DNA from: Brevundimonas sp.
Lineage (GTDB): Bacteria > Pseudomonadota > Alphaproteobacteria > Caulobacterales > Caulobacteraceae
Direction of reading: 5' to 3'
Length of the DNA stretch: 64,000 nt
NCBI RefSeq assembly: GCF_035627055.1
Contig: NZ_DASPMM010000009.1
Span: 22,334 to 86,333, forward strand
Positions within the stretch are counted from its first letter, which is position 1; each line of letters opens with the position of its first letter. Under the pieces are notes generated by a model. That model worked only from the letters and a program-made list of their open reading frames with translations. It did no database searches and was not told the DNA's origin. The position numbers and the translations under genes are program-made. Below are positions 19,025 through 28,821 of this stretch, one piece after another.

Positions 19025-21877
19025 CTACTGCGCCGCGCGCACCTGCATCAGCCCCAGCGTCGGGCTGTTCAGATCCAGCTCCGCCGCCGGGATCACCACC
19101 ACGTCCGGGTGCGCGGCCCTCAGGGCGTCGATGAACATGTCGGCCTGTCCGACCACGACCACGATGGCGTCGTCCGCGCTGACGATCCCCGCCGCCTGGC
19201 GCAGACTCTCGGGCGTGGTGGCCGCGATCTTCTGCGGATAGGTCTCGATCTCCGACAGCGGCAGGCCGTCGATCACCGCCGCCGCCAGCTGGCCGCCCAG
19301 TCCGCCGGTCGTCTCCAGCGAGCGCAGGAAACCGCCGGTGATGAAGGTCTCGCGGTTGGTCACCTCGGCGTCCGCCACGGGCTCGGCGGCCAGCCGGTCG
19401 AACTCGGCCAGGACCAAACCGACCACCTCGGCGGCGCTCTCGTTCTTGGTCTGGGTCGAGGCGATCAGGGCCCCGCCCTCGGCCCGCGAGCTGAGGTTCG
19501 AATAGGCGCCGTAGCTGAGGCCGCGCTTGGCCCGGACCTCCTGGAACAGTCGCCCGTTCTGGCCCGATCCCATCACCGCATTGGCCACCGACAGCGGATA
19601 GTAGGCGTCATCGGCGCGGCGCGGCGCCCGCACCGCCGCCGTCACCGCCGCCTGCCCCGCGCCGGGCATGTCGACCACCACCACGCGCGGGCCGGTCGGC
19701 GCCCCGGCGCGCTCGGCGACCGTAGGCTTCGGCGTCGAGGGCCGCGACCATCCGCCCAGCACCCGCTCGGCCCAGGCGAAGGCCGCCTCCGGCTCCATGC
19801 CGCCGGTGACGACCACAGTGGCGTTGTCGGGCCGCCACCAGCGCTGGTGGAAGCCGACGATCTCGTCACGCGTGATCGCCGCCACCGACTCCGGCGTGCC
19901 CGAGCTCGGCGCGCCGTAGGGCGAGGCGCCATAGAGCAGCCGGTTCAGCACCAGCGACGACAGCGGCCCGGGCTGGCTCAGATTGACGCGCAGTCCGTTG
20001 ACCGCCTGGGTGCGGCTCCGGGCCACCTCGGCCTCGACGAAATCGGGTCGCTGCACCACGTCCGCCAGCACCGCACCCACCTCGTCGGCCGAGGCGATGG
20101 GGGCCGAGACGAACATCTGGGTGGCGTCGGCGCCCGCGCCGCCGCCGATGTTGGCGCCCAGCGCCTCCAGCGTCCGGGCGATCTCCGGCGCCGAGCGTCC
20201 GCCCGCGCCCTGGGTGGCGAGAGCGGCCGTCATCGTCGCCAACCCGGGCCGGTCCGCGGGATCGGCCGCCGCGCCGCCGCCGAGCACGATCTGGGCGTTC
20301 ATGATCGGCAGGTCGGTCGATTTCGCGGCGATGATCCGCAGACCGTTCGGCAGAATGCGTTCGGCTACCGTGGGCGCGGCCATGGCCCGCGCCTCGCCCA
20401 GCGCCGGCGGAGCCATGCGCTGGCCCTCGGGCAGCAGTTCGTTCGGCGGCAGCACGGCCGGGGGCACGGTCACGAAGGTCGGGACCGGGGCCGGGTTGCG
20501 CCAGCTGTCCTCGGGCACGCCCGCGGGCCGCGCGCTCTCGTTCTGATAGCGCACCGAGACCCGCGCCTGGTCGTTCAGCCAGGTCCGCGCCACCCGCTGC
20601 ACGTCGTCCGCCGTCACCGCCTGGATCGCCGCCAGGTTCTCGTCCGGCGCCTTCGGATTGTTCTCGCTGACGATCGCTTGTCCGAGGATGAAGGCCCGGC
20701 CCGAGGCCGTTTCGCGCTGGCGCAGCTCGCCGGCCACGATCTCGGTCTTGGCCTCGGCCAGTTCGGCCTCGGTCACCGGCTCGTTGCGGATGCGCGCCAG
20801 CTCGGCGTCCAGCGCCGCCTCGACATCCGCCACGGCCTTGCCTTGCGCCACGATGGCGGTGGCGATGAGAACGCCATCCTCCTCGTTGCTGCTGACGCCC
20901 AGCCCGGCGTTGGCGGCCAGCTGGGTCTCGTAGACCAGGGCCTGGTGCAGACGCGAGCTCTCGCCGCGCGACAGGATGGCCGACATGACCTCCAGCGCCG
21001 CCGCGTCCGGGTGGTTGGCCGCGACGCCCGGATAGATCACCCCCACCGCCGGCAGCGGCACGTTCGGCGCATAGGCGTCGACGCTCCGCGGCGCCGTGCG
21101 CGGCGTCTCCACCGGCCGCTCGAACACCGGCACCGGGCGATCCGGATTGCGGATGCCGGCGAAATACTGGTCGACCCAGCGGTCCAGCTGCGCCGGATCG
21201 AAATTGCCCGAAACGATCATCGTCGCCGTCGCCGGTCGGTAATAGGCCTCGTGGAAGGCCCGCGCGTCCTCGATGCGCGCCGAGTTCAGCTCTTCCAGCG
21301 AGCCGATCACGCTGCGCCGATAGATGCTCTCGTCGAAGCTGTTGTCGCCGATCACGAAGCGCTGGAAGCGGCCGTAGGGCGGGGCCAGGACGCGCTGGCG
21401 CAGTTCCTCCTGGACGATCGAGCGCTCGGTGTCGAAGACCTCCTGGTCGACCACAGGCCGCGCCATCCGCTCGGCGTGGGTCCACAGCATCCGCTCCAGA
21501 TACTGCGGCGGCACCGTCTCGTAGTAGTTGGTGAAGTCCTGCCCGGTCGAGGCGTTGCGGCTGCCCCCCGCGTTCTCGACCATGGTCGAGATCTGGCCAT
21601 AGGGCAGGTTGACCGTCTTGCGGCTGAGGATGTGCTCGAACAGGTGGGCGAAGCCGCTGCGGCCCTCGGGGTCATCCTTGCCGCCCACGTCATACCACAG
21701 CGTCACCGTCACGGTGCCGGCGCTCGGGTCCGGCATGGCGTAGACGTCCAGCCCGTTGGCCAGCTCGCGATGCGTATACTCCAGCGGCGGCACGGAGATT
21801 GGCTCGGCCGTCTGGGCGAAGGCGGGCGAGGCGAGGGCCAGCAGCGAGGCCCCCAGAAGCGCGGCGGTGCGGGTCAT
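19025..21877 (-). CDS. M16 family zinc peptidase (pitrilysin-like, two-module)
   Basis: Signal peptide; GKDDPEGRSGFAHLFEH (HxxEH), NASTGQDFTNY, EVRAKRGLSYGA. Confidence 0.95.
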   Translation of the reverse strand: MTRTAALLGASLLALASPAFAQTAEPISVPPLEYTHRELANGLDVYAMPDPSAGTVTVTLWYDVGGKDDPEGRSGFAHLFEHILSRKTVNLPYGQISTMVENAGGSRNASTGQDFTNYYETVPPQYLERMLWTHAERMARPVVDQEVFDTERSIVQEELRQRVLAPPYGRFQRFVIGDNSFDESIYRRSVIGSLEELNSARIEDARAFHEAYYRPATATMIVSGNFDPAQLDRWVDQYFAGIRNPDRPVPVFERPVETPRTAPRSVDAYAPNVPLPAVGVIYPGVAANHPDAAALEVMSAILSRGESSRLHQALVYETQLAANAGLGVSSNEEDGVLIATAIVAQGKAVADVEAALDAELARIRNEPVTEAELAEAKTEIVAGELRQRETASGRAFILGQAIVSENNPKAPDENLAAIQAVTADDVQRVARTWLNDQARVSVRYQNESARPAGVPEDSWRNPAPVPTFVTVPPAVLPPNELLPEGQRMAPPALGEARAMAAPTVAERILPNGLRIIAAKSTDLPIMNAQIVLGGGAAADPADRPGLATMTAALATQGAGGRSAPEIARTLEALGANIGGGAGADATQMFVSAPIASADEVGAVLADVVQRPDFVEAEVARSRTQAVNGLRVNLSQPGPLSSLVLNRLLYGASPYGAPSSGTPESVAAITRDEIVGFHQRWWRPDNATVVVTGGMEPEAAFAWAERVLGGWSRPSTPKPTVAERAGAPTGPRVVVVDMPGAGQAAVTAAVRAPRRADDAYYPLSVANAVMGSGQNGRLFQEVRAKRGLSYGAYSNLSSRAEGGALIASTQTKNESAAEVVGLVLAEFDRLAAEPVADAEVTNRETFITGGFLRSLETTGGLGGQLAAAVIDGLPLSEIETYPQKIAATTPESLRQAAGIVSADDAIVVVVGQADMFIDALRAAHPDVVVIPAAELDLNSPTLGLMQVRAAQ

Positions 21878-21946
21878 TGGGCGGTTCCCCCGGGTCAGGT
21901 CTGCACAGAGGACCGGACCCTGCCAGCCGTCCCGCCGCCTCCCAAG

Positions 21947-22795
21947 TTACGTCGCTGTAATGATCGCCTCGACCTCGGCCCGCGTCGGCAGCGACGGCTG
22001 GGCCCCCGGCCGCGTCGCCGCCAGCGCCCCCGCCGCGCAGGCGAAGCGCAGCGCCGCCTCCGGCTCCATCCCTTCCAGCAGCGCCACGCAGATCGCCCCG
22101 ACGAAGGCGTCCCCCGCCCCGGTCGCATCCACCGCCGTCACCTTCGGCGGCGCCGCCCTCGCGATCTCGGCCCCGCGCTGCAGCATCACCGCGCCCCGGG
22201 CGCCCAGCGTCGTCACCACCCGTCCCCCGCCCTGATGCAGCGCCTCGCCGTAGAACGCCGCCTCGGTCTCATTGACCACGATCAGGTCGGCCCGCCGCAG
22301 CAGCTGATCCGACACCGGCTGGGCCGGGGCCAGGTTGACGCAGACGAAGTCCGTCGCCCGCCCCACCGCCGCTTCCACCGTCTCCAGCGGCAGCTCCAGC
22401 TGGGCGATCAGCGGCCCCTCGATCCGCGCCGGCAGCTGCCCCGGCGTCGCCCGGTGATTGGCCCCCGCCGCCACCACGATCTGGTTCTCGCCCGATGGAT
22501 CGACCGCGATCAGCGCCACCCCCGTCGGCGCCGCCGCGTCCGTCTCGACCAGCGACAGGTCGACCCCGCCGGCCTCCAGCAGCGCCGTCGCCTCGTCGGC
22601 CATGGCGTCGTCGCCGACCCGTCCGACCAGACAGACCTCGGCCCCCAGCCGCCGCGCCGCCAGCGCCTGGTTGGCGCCCTTGCCGCCCGGATGCCGCGCC
22701 AGCGTCGCGCCCGTCACCGTCTCCCCCGCCCGAGGCAGCGACGGCGCCGACGCCACCAGATCGAGGTTGATCGAGCCGACGACGGTGATCCTCAC
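21947..22795 (-). CDS. rbsK: Ribokinase (PfkB family)
   Basis: VVGSINLDLV, GGKGANQA, NETEA, VDATGAGDAF. Confidence 0.92.
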   Translation of the reverse strand: MRITVVGSINLDLVASAPSLPRAGETVTGATLARHPGGKGANQALAARRLGAEVCLVGRVGDDAMADEATALLEAGGVDLSLVETDAAAPTGVALIAVDPSGENQIVVAAGANHRATPGQLPARIEGPLIAQLELPLETVEAAVGRATDFVCVNLAPAQPVSDQLLRRADLIVVNETEAAFYGEALHQGGGRVVTTLGARGAVMLQRGAEIARAAPPKVTAVDATGAGDAFVGAICVALLEGMEPEAALRFACAAGALAATRPGAQPSLPTRAEVEAIITAT

Positions 22796-22801
22796 GACCC
22801 G

Positions 22802-22856
22802 TCTCCTCCCCCGCAGGAGGAGGGGGACCGCGAAGCGGTGGAGGGGCGAAACCTCA
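22802..22856. repeat. Half copy of palindromic family A
   Basis: TCTCCTCCCCC..GGAGGGGGACCGCGAAGCGGTGGAGGGGCGAAACCTC matches the left arm of the 18846 copy. Confidence 0.7.
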
Positions 22857-23786
22857 CGCGCATTTCTCCGCGATGAGCGCGAACACCCCCTCCGCATCCG
22901 CCGTCACCGCCCAGCCGTGCGGCAGCGTCCCCGCCACGTCGCGACGGAACTCCACCGCCGTATGCCCGCGCGTCAGTTCGCTCTCCGTCTCCACCCGCAC
23001 ATGGCAGGCCGCCAGTTCGAACAGCTCGGGCTTCAGCAGCCAGGCCACAGGACACGGATCGTGCACCGGCGGGGCGTCCCAGCCGACGATCTCCCGCTCG
23101 ATCCGCTGCGAGAAGCGCATCATCGACGCCGCCGTCTCCGCCTTCGCCGTCCCGATCGCCTCCAGCGTCGCGATGCGCTCGTCCGTCGCCCGCACCTGAT
23201 GCGTCGCATCCAGCCCGAACAGCACCACCTGGCAGCCGCTGGCCAGCACCTCGGCCGCCGCCTCCGGATCGGCCCAGATGTTGAATTCCGCCGAGGCCGT
23301 GATGTTGCCGCCCTCGGCCCGGGCCCCGCCCATCACCGCCACCGGCCCCAGCCGCGCCGCCAGCGCCGGCTCCCGCCGCAGCGCCAGCGCCAGGTTGGTC
23401 AGCGGCCCCATCACCGCCAGCGCCACGGACCCCTCCGGCCGCGCCATCACCAGATCGACGATCGCGTCCGCCGCATGACCGGCCGCGCACGGCGCCTCCG
23501 GCTCGAACGGCGTCAGGTCGCCCAGCCCCTCGGCCCCGTGAAACTCCCCCGCCCCCGCCGGCTCGCGGCGCAGCGGCCGCTCCGCCCCCATGAACACCGG
23601 CACGTCCTCGCGCCCCGCGATCTGGCGCAGCATCCGCGCGTTCCGCGCCGTCTTCTCCACCGGCACATTCCCGCCCACGGCGGTGACGGCCAGCAGCTCC
23701 AGTTCGTTCGCCCCGAAGGCGAGCATCAGCGCCACGGCGTCGTCCACGCCGGGGTCGCAATCAATGATGAGGGCTTGTCTGTTCAC
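22854..23786 (-). CDS. Inosine/uridine-preferring nucleoside hydrolase
   Basis: IIDCDPGVDD, HGAEGLG, GNITASAEFNIWADPEAA, HDP. Confidence 0.95.
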   Translation of the reverse strand: MNRQALIIDCDPGVDDAVALMLAFGANELELLAVTAVGGNVPVEKTARNARMLRQIAGREDVPVFMGAERPLRREPAGAGEFHGAEGLGDLTPFEPEAPCAAGHAADAIVDLVMARPEGSVALAVMGPLTNLALALRREPALAARLGPVAVMGGARAEGGNITASAEFNIWADPEAAAEVLASGCQVVLFGLDATHQVRATDERIATLEAIGTAKAETAASMMRFSQRIEREIVGWDAPPVHDPCPVAWLLKPELFELAACHVRVETESELTRGHTAVEFRRDVAGTLPHGWAVTADAEGVFALIAEKCA

Positions 23787-23825
23787 CCGGGCAGGTTTGG
23801 AGCGCCTCGCCCGCTTAGGCAACCG

Positions 23826-24488
23826 TCAGGCGCACGCCTTCACGCACGCCGCCGCCAGCACCTCCGCCGAATCCACCAGCGGCGCGGACACGTCCCCCGC
23901 CTCCAGCAGCAGCGGCACCTCCGTGCAGCCGGCGATGACCGCCTCGGCCCCGGCGGCGACCAAGGCCGCCGCCAGCCGCCGCATCTCCGCCCGCGGCGCC
24001 TCGCCAACGTCGCCGCGCTTCACCGCATAGATGCAGGCCATGAAGGCCTCGCGGTCGCTTCCGGTCAGCCTCACGATCCGCGCCCCCGTGGCCTGCAGCG
24101 AGCGGGTGTACAGCGCCTCCCCGCCCGGCGTGGCCAGCACGCCGATCTTCCTCGCCCCGCCCGCGATGGCCGCCGCCGTGGTCTCGGCGATCATGTCGAT
24201 GAAGGGCAGGCCGACCTTGCGGATGCCCGCCGCCTGGGCGTGGGCGGTGTTGCACGGCATGGCCAGCACCTGCGCCCCGGCGTCACGCAGCCGCATCGCC
24301 ATCTGGCCCAGCGTCCGCTCGGCGGCGTCGGGCTGCCGGTTGCGGTCGGGCACCTTGGGATTGATGTCGGCGATCACCCGGATGTGGTCCTGGTCGCCCT
24401 GCGCCGGGGTCAGCGCCTGCACCCGCGCCAGAAAGGCCACCGTCGCCGCCGGCCCCATGCCGCCCAGAACCCCAAGAACCTTGCTCAT
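23826..24488 (-). CDS. Aspartate/glutamate racemase family protein
   Basis: LGVLGGMGPAAT, PCNTAH, AGCTE (two catalytic Cys). Confidence 0.93.
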   Translation of the reverse strand: MSKVLGVLGGMGPAATVAFLARVQALTPAQGDQDHIRVIADINPKVPDRNRQPDAAERTLGQMAMRLRDAGAQVLAMPCNTAHAQAAGIRKVGLPFIDMIAETTAAAIAGGARKIGVLATPGGEALYTRSLQATGARIVRLTGSDREAFMACIYAVKRGDVGEAPRAEMRRLAAALVAAGAEAVIAGCTEVPLLLEAGDVSAPLVDSAEVLAAACVKACA

Positions 24489-24669
24489 CTCGCCTCCGCT
24501 CCCCGTCCGCGCCGCGCCAGTCGGGTGATCCGCCGCCCTTATGCGCCGAAACCGCCGCCCGATGCGAACGCCCGCCCGCGCGCCGCAAAAAACATCGGCT
24601 GGCCCCGGCAACTTCCCGGCCCGCCACCGGTTGAGGCGCCCGGGGGCTGAGCATTGCACGGAGCGCCCC

Positions 24670-25242
24670 ATGACCCGCTACAAGGTGGGCTACCTCGTCG
24701 GCAGCCTGGCGACCGCCTCGATCAACCGCAAACTGGCCCGCGCCCTCGCCCGCCTCGCCCCGGACGAGCTCGAGCTGTCGGAGATCCCGTTCGGCGACCT
24801 GCCCCTCTACAGCTACGACTTCGACGCCGACTACCCGCCCGTGGCCTGCGCCTTCAAGGCCGCCATCACCGCCTCGGACGCCATCCTGTTCGTCACGCCC
24901 GAGTACAACCGCTCCATCCCCGGCGCGCTCAAGAACGCCATCGACTGGGCCAGCCGCCCCTATGGCAGCAACGCCTTCGCGCGCAAGCCGACCGCCGTCA
25001 TCGGCGCCTCGACCGGGGCCATCGGGACCGCCCTCGCCCAGCAGCACCTCAAGGGCGTGCTCGGCTTCTGCAACGCGCCGCTGATGAACTCGCCCGAGGC
25101 CTACATCCAGTTCACCCCCGGCCTGGTCACCGATGACGGCGAGGTCACCGTGGCCTCCACCGAGGAGTTCCTCGCCAACTTCATGGCCGAGTTCGCCGGC
25201 TTCATCGGCCGCGTCTACACGGTGCTGCCGCGGGGGACCTGA
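24670..25242 (+). CDS. NADPH-dependent FMN reductase (ChrR-like)
   Basis: VGSLATASINRKL, TPEYNRSIPGALKNAIDWASRPYG. Confidence 0.94.
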   Translation: MTRYKVGYLVGSLATASINRKLARALARLAPDELELSEIPFGDLPLYSYDFDADYPPVACAFKAAITASDAILFVTPEYNRSIPGALKNAIDWASRPYGSNAFARKPTAVIGASTGAIGTALAQQHLKGVLGFCNAPLMNSPEAYIQFTPGLVTDDGEVTVASTEEFLANFMAEFAGFIGRVYTVLPRGT

Positions 25243-25341
25243 GGGGTCGATCGGAGCGCCTTGCCTTCGCCCCCCCTGCGTGGGCAACCGAAATCGTTCT
25301 CCCGGATTAAGGGCCACGGTTTCAGCCCGAGGAAAATCAAC

Positions 25342-26100
25342 TTGGCCCGTTTGCACCTCATCGCCGCCGCCGCCGCGCTTCTGGCGCAGCCGTCCGTCGC
25401 CCTGGCGCAGGTCGCCTGGGAGCCCTCCGTGGGCGTCGACTACTCCACCGGCTCCTACGGCGGGGCCGAAGACACGGAACTGCTGTTTGCGCCCGTGACC
25501 CTCAGGGCCACGACCTCGCGCTGGCGCTTCGACGCCACGGCCCCCTACCTGCGGATCAAGGGGCCGGCCGGTTCAGTGGTCGGCGGCGTGGTCATCCCGG
25601 GCGCCGGCCCTGTGATTGCACGATCGGGCTTCGGCGACGTGACCCTCTCCGCAACCTATCAGCTGGTGAATCCCGCACCCGGGAAAACCCAGTGGGAGGT
25701 GGGCGCCGGCGTCAAGCTGCCGACAGCCGACGAGGAACTCGGCACCGGCGAGACCGACTACAATGTTCAGCTGGGGGTGCGCCAGCCGTTGAGCGGTTCG
25801 GTGACCTTGCTGGGCAGCCTTGGCTACCAGTGGCTCGGCGATCCCGTCGCCTTCGAACTCGAGGACGGGCCGACGGCCATGCTCGGCGTCAACTACGCGG
25901 CCAATCCCCGGGCCAATTTCGGCATTCAGGCCAATTTCCGCTCCGCCTACCTCGCCGGCTTCGACGACCAGATTCTGGTGAACCCCTATTTCCGGTTCGA
26001 CTCGGATGGGGGGTGGGCGTTCACGGGCTACGCCACGGCGGGCCTGACCGACAGCACGCCGGACTTCGGCCTAGGCATGGTCATTGGGCGCGTCTTCTAG
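25342..26100 (+). CDS. Outer-membrane beta-barrel, COG4313/phenol-MetA-degradation-like 'transporter'
   Basis: TTG start with GAGG RBS; signal peptide; SGFGDVTLSATY, VKLPTAD..LGTGETDY; C-terminal Phe. Confidence 0.82.
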   Translation: MARLHLIAAAAALLAQPSVALAQVAWEPSVGVDYSTGSYGGAEDTELLFAPVTLRATTSRWRFDATAPYLRIKGPAGSVVGGVVIPGAGPVIARSGFGDVTLSATYQLVNPAPGKTQWEVGAGVKLPTADEELGTGETDYNVQLGVRQPLSGSVTLLGSLGYQWLGDPVAFELEDGPTAMLGVNYAANPRANFGIQANFRSAYLAGFDDQILVNPYFRFDSDGGWAFTGYATAGLTDSTPDFGLGMVIGRVF

Positions 26101-26110
26101 CGTGGCTGGA

Positions 26111-26135
26111 GGAACCCCAAGAACGGTGGTGTGTT
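26111..26135 (+). promoter_or_regulatory. sigma-EcfG/sigmaT-like promoter
   Basis: GGAAC-N16-TGTT 37 bp upstream of the ATG at 26173. Confidence 0.55.
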
Positions 26136-26172
26136 AACTGCGGGCCGGGGGGAAACCCTAAGGAATAACAAG

Positions 26173-26808
26173 ATGAAACCCGTTCTCTTCCTCTCCGCGG
26201 CCGTCGCCGCCGTCGCCGTCGCGGGCGCGACCTCGGCCCAGGTCGTTCCCAGCGTCCCCTCTGTCAGAACGCCGCCCGTTCAGGTGCCGAGGGTGACGAC
26301 TCCGCCCGTGACCGTACCGTCGGTCCGGACCCCGCCTGTGACGGCGCCTTCGGTCACCACGCCGCGCGTCGGCGTGCCTTCGGTCTCGACGCCCGCGGTC
26401 TCCGCTCCGAACGTGAACCCGGGCGCCTCTGTGCGCGCCGGGGCTGATGGCGCGGCCTCGGTCGCGGCCGGCCGGACCGGTGTCGATGCGTCGGGCGACG
26501 CCGATGCCGAAGTGACGACGGCCCGTCGCCGCGCCGCGGCGGCGGCTTCCGCCGGCGTTGACGCCCGGGCGCGGCGCGCGGGCCGTGAGGTCTCCGGCTC
26601 CGGCATGACGACCGCCGAACTGAACCTTCAGAGCCTCCGTGAGGCCCAGGCCGCCGCCGGCGGGACCGGCTCCGGCGCCGCGAACGCCGCTGGCCGGAGT
26701 TCCAGCGGCGACAGGTCCGGCGCCACGCCTCTCGACCAGGCCCCGATGGACAACGAAGGGCGGGAACGCGGCCGCCGCGTCGACCAGACCCAGGTCGATC
26801 CGAACTAG
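26173..26808 (+). CDS. Secreted low-complexity protein with Pro/Val/Thr repeats
   Basis: AGGA RBS; signal MKPVLFLSAAVAAVAVAGATSA; repeats such as PSVRTPPVQV, PRVTTPPVTV, PSVRTPPVTA, PSVTTPRVGV. Confidence 0.75.
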   Translation: MKPVLFLSAAVAAVAVAGATSAQVVPSVPSVRTPPVQVPRVTTPPVTVPSVRTPPVTAPSVTTPRVGVPSVSTPAVSAPNVNPGASVRAGADGAASVAAGRTGVDASGDADAEVTTARRRAAAAASAGVDARARRAGREVSGSGMTTAELNLQSLREAQAAAGGTGSGAANAAGRSSSGDRSGATPLDQAPMDNEGRERGRRVDQTQVDPN

Positions 26809-26830
26809 GCGACTGTCCCGGGTATCGCGG

Positions 26831-26864
26831 AATGGGGTCGCTTCGCGCGGCCCCATTTCCTTTC
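26831..26864 (+). terminator. Probable rho-independent terminator
   Basis: AATGGGG..CGC-TTCG-CGCGGCCCCATT followed by a T-rich tract, between convergent genes. Confidence 0.55.
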
Positions 26865-26908
26865 AACGGCCGACGCTCTGCGCCGGGACGCTGGCTGCAA
26901 AGTCGCCC

Positions 26909-27905
26909 CTACAGCCCCGCCCCCACCACGCTCTCATACCCGAACAGCCCTTGCGCCCCGCCCGTGTGCAGGAACACCACCGTCTCGCCCTTGAACGCGC
27001 CCTTGCGCGACAGGGCGATCAGCCCCTTCATCGCCTTGCCGCTGTAGACCGGGTCCAGCACGATCCCGTCCGTCCGCGCCGCCAGCGTCAGGGCGTCGAT
27101 GACCCCCTGATCCACCAGCCCATAGCCCTCGCCGACATAGTCGCAGTCGGCGACCACCATCTCCGCCGTCACCGCGTCCGGCCGCCCCAGCAGGGCCGCC
27201 GTCTCGCGCGCCAGCTTCAGGACGTTCTCCTCCTGCTTCGGCTTCGGCGCCCGCACCCCGATGCCCAGCACCGGAATGTCCGCCCCCATCACCGCCAGTC
27301 CGGCCACCAGTCCGGCGTGGGTCCCGGCGCTGCCGGTGGCCGTGACGATCCGGTCGATCCTCAGGTCCAGCTCATCCGCCCCCACCACGATCTCCCGGGC
27401 GCAGTCGACATAGCCCAGCGCCCCCACCGGGTTGGAGCCGCCGCCCGGGATCACATACGGCCGCCCGCCGCGCGCCCTGACCTCGGCCGCCGTCTTCTCC
27501 AGTTCCGCCGGCATGTCCGAACCGCCCGGCACGAACCGCACCCCCGCCCCGAACAGCCGGTCCAGCAGCACATTGCCGTTGGCTGTATAGTCGTGCGCCT
27601 TCGACCCGGTCCGCTCCTCCAGGATGACCTCGCAGGCCAAGCCGTGCGCCGCCGCCGCCGCCGCCGTCTGGCGCACATGGTTCGACTGCACCGCCCCCTG
27701 GGTCACCAGCGTATCCGCCTCCTGCTCGAACGCCTCGCCGAGCAGGAATTCCAGCTTGCGCGTCTTGTTGCCGCCGCCCGCCAGACCGGCAATCGTCGCG
27801 CTTGATCCACAGGTCGACGCCCAGTTCCTCGCTCAGCCGCGGCAGCGGCTCCAGCGGCGTCGGCAGATGGGCGAGGCGCACGCGGGGGAAACGGGCGAGG
27901 TGCAT
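26909..27905 (-). pseudogene. dcyD: D-cysteine desulfhydrase / ACC-deaminase family, frameshifted
   Basis: Frame 1 gives [17 protein letters not shown]; the next frame gives [40 protein letters not shown]. Two nt (AC of the Thr codon) are missing at 27788/27789. Confidence 0.85.
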
Positions 27906-27922
27906 GACGGATTTCCTTACAG

Positions 27923-28381
27923 CTAGATTTCAACGTTCCCGTCGATGAGGATTTCTCCCCCTCTGGCGCGAAACTCCGCAATCGACATGGTCGCAACGAC
28001 CTCGGCTTCGCCGACCCCACAGCAAGGACACCTATAGATCAGGACTGGCGGACGGTAGCGAGAGCGGAACAACGGAAACGGCTCGCCCGCCTTGGCCGCT
28101 GTTTGTTTTTCCGCCCGCAGGAAAGGCACGACTTTCAGATCGTGAAGGCCCAGGGCCGATTGAATCCGCCCTTCAAAACTGGCCAGTCCCGCCTCCCCGG
28201 CCGCCCATTCTTCCGTTGTCATTTCGCCAAGCGCCACCCGGTCCGTCGAACAGCTGGCGGCAGTTCCAAGGCCATTGGTGGCCATGTCGCTGTCGCCGCC
28301 CGGCACCAGATGCGAGACTTCGCCGCCGCACGCCCGGCACTTCAACCTGACCAACTCGCCGTCGACCTTTCGACGCGTCAT
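27923..28381 (-). CDS. Orphan hypothetical protein with CxxC ... CPCC motifs
   Basis: GAGAGGG RBS; CRACGG near the N-terminus and YRCPCCG near the C-terminus; more A/T at third positions than neighbours. Confidence 0.7.
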   Translation of the reverse strand: MTRRKVDGELVRLKCRACGGEVSHLVPGGDSDMATNGLGTAASCSTDRVALGEMTTEEWAAGEAGLASFEGRIQSALGLHDLKVVPFLRAEKQTAAKAGEPFPLFRSRYRPPVLIYRCPCCGVGEAEVVATMSIAEFRARGGEILIDGNVEI

Positions 28382-28611
28382 CACACCCTCTCGCGTTTCC
28401 TTGTCCGCACGTTTGTAGCCTCGTTCAGCGGCGCGCCCCAGCTTTGTGACCGGACCGGAGAAAAGTTCTCGCCACCCCCGGAACCGAACTCTCCGACCGC
28501 TGTTTATCGGTCGGACCAAGCGGCGATGCGCGCTCGACTAGTCCACCAGCGGCCCGGCCTCTGCCACGCCCCCCCGACGCAGGCCGGGCCGCACCTTATC
28601 TGCTCCCCATC

Positions 28612-28750
28612 TCCGTCATCCTCGGGCTTGACCCGAGGATCAGACCGTCCGGCGCTCGCTCGAGCAGATGCGGGCGCCGTCCCGGGGCCGCCCCCGTTGC
28701 ACAGCCTGGCCCTCGCCTCTGATCCTCGGATCAAGTCCGAGGATGACGGA
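28612..28750. repeat. Intergenic palindromic element, family B
   Basis: Terminal IR TCCGTCATCCTCGG...CCGAGGATGACGGA; each arm is itself a hairpin (CCTCGGGCTTGACCCGAGG). Confidence 0.85.
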
Positions 28751-28821
28751 CAGAGACGTTCCCCAAGCCCTAATCCTCATCCTGCCTTGCCCCCCCGCCC
28801 TCGCGGCGTGATGCTGTCCCC

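Noticed and set aside
19109-22876. 1255-aa plus-strand ORF (likewise 39938-43246, 4179-6626, 7044-9263, 30186-32084, 47411-49561 and similar)
   Set aside because: Antisense or alternate-frame shadows of well-supported genes; Arg/Gly/Pro-rich with no motifs, as expected in GC-rich DNA
26133-26138. CtrA site at GTTAAC upstream of the PVT-repeat gene
   Set aside because: Half-site only, and better explained as the -10 of the EcfG-like promoter
27770-27810. Programmed ribosomal frameshift in dcyD
   Set aside because: No slippery heptamer or homopolymer; a simple 2-nt deletion explains it
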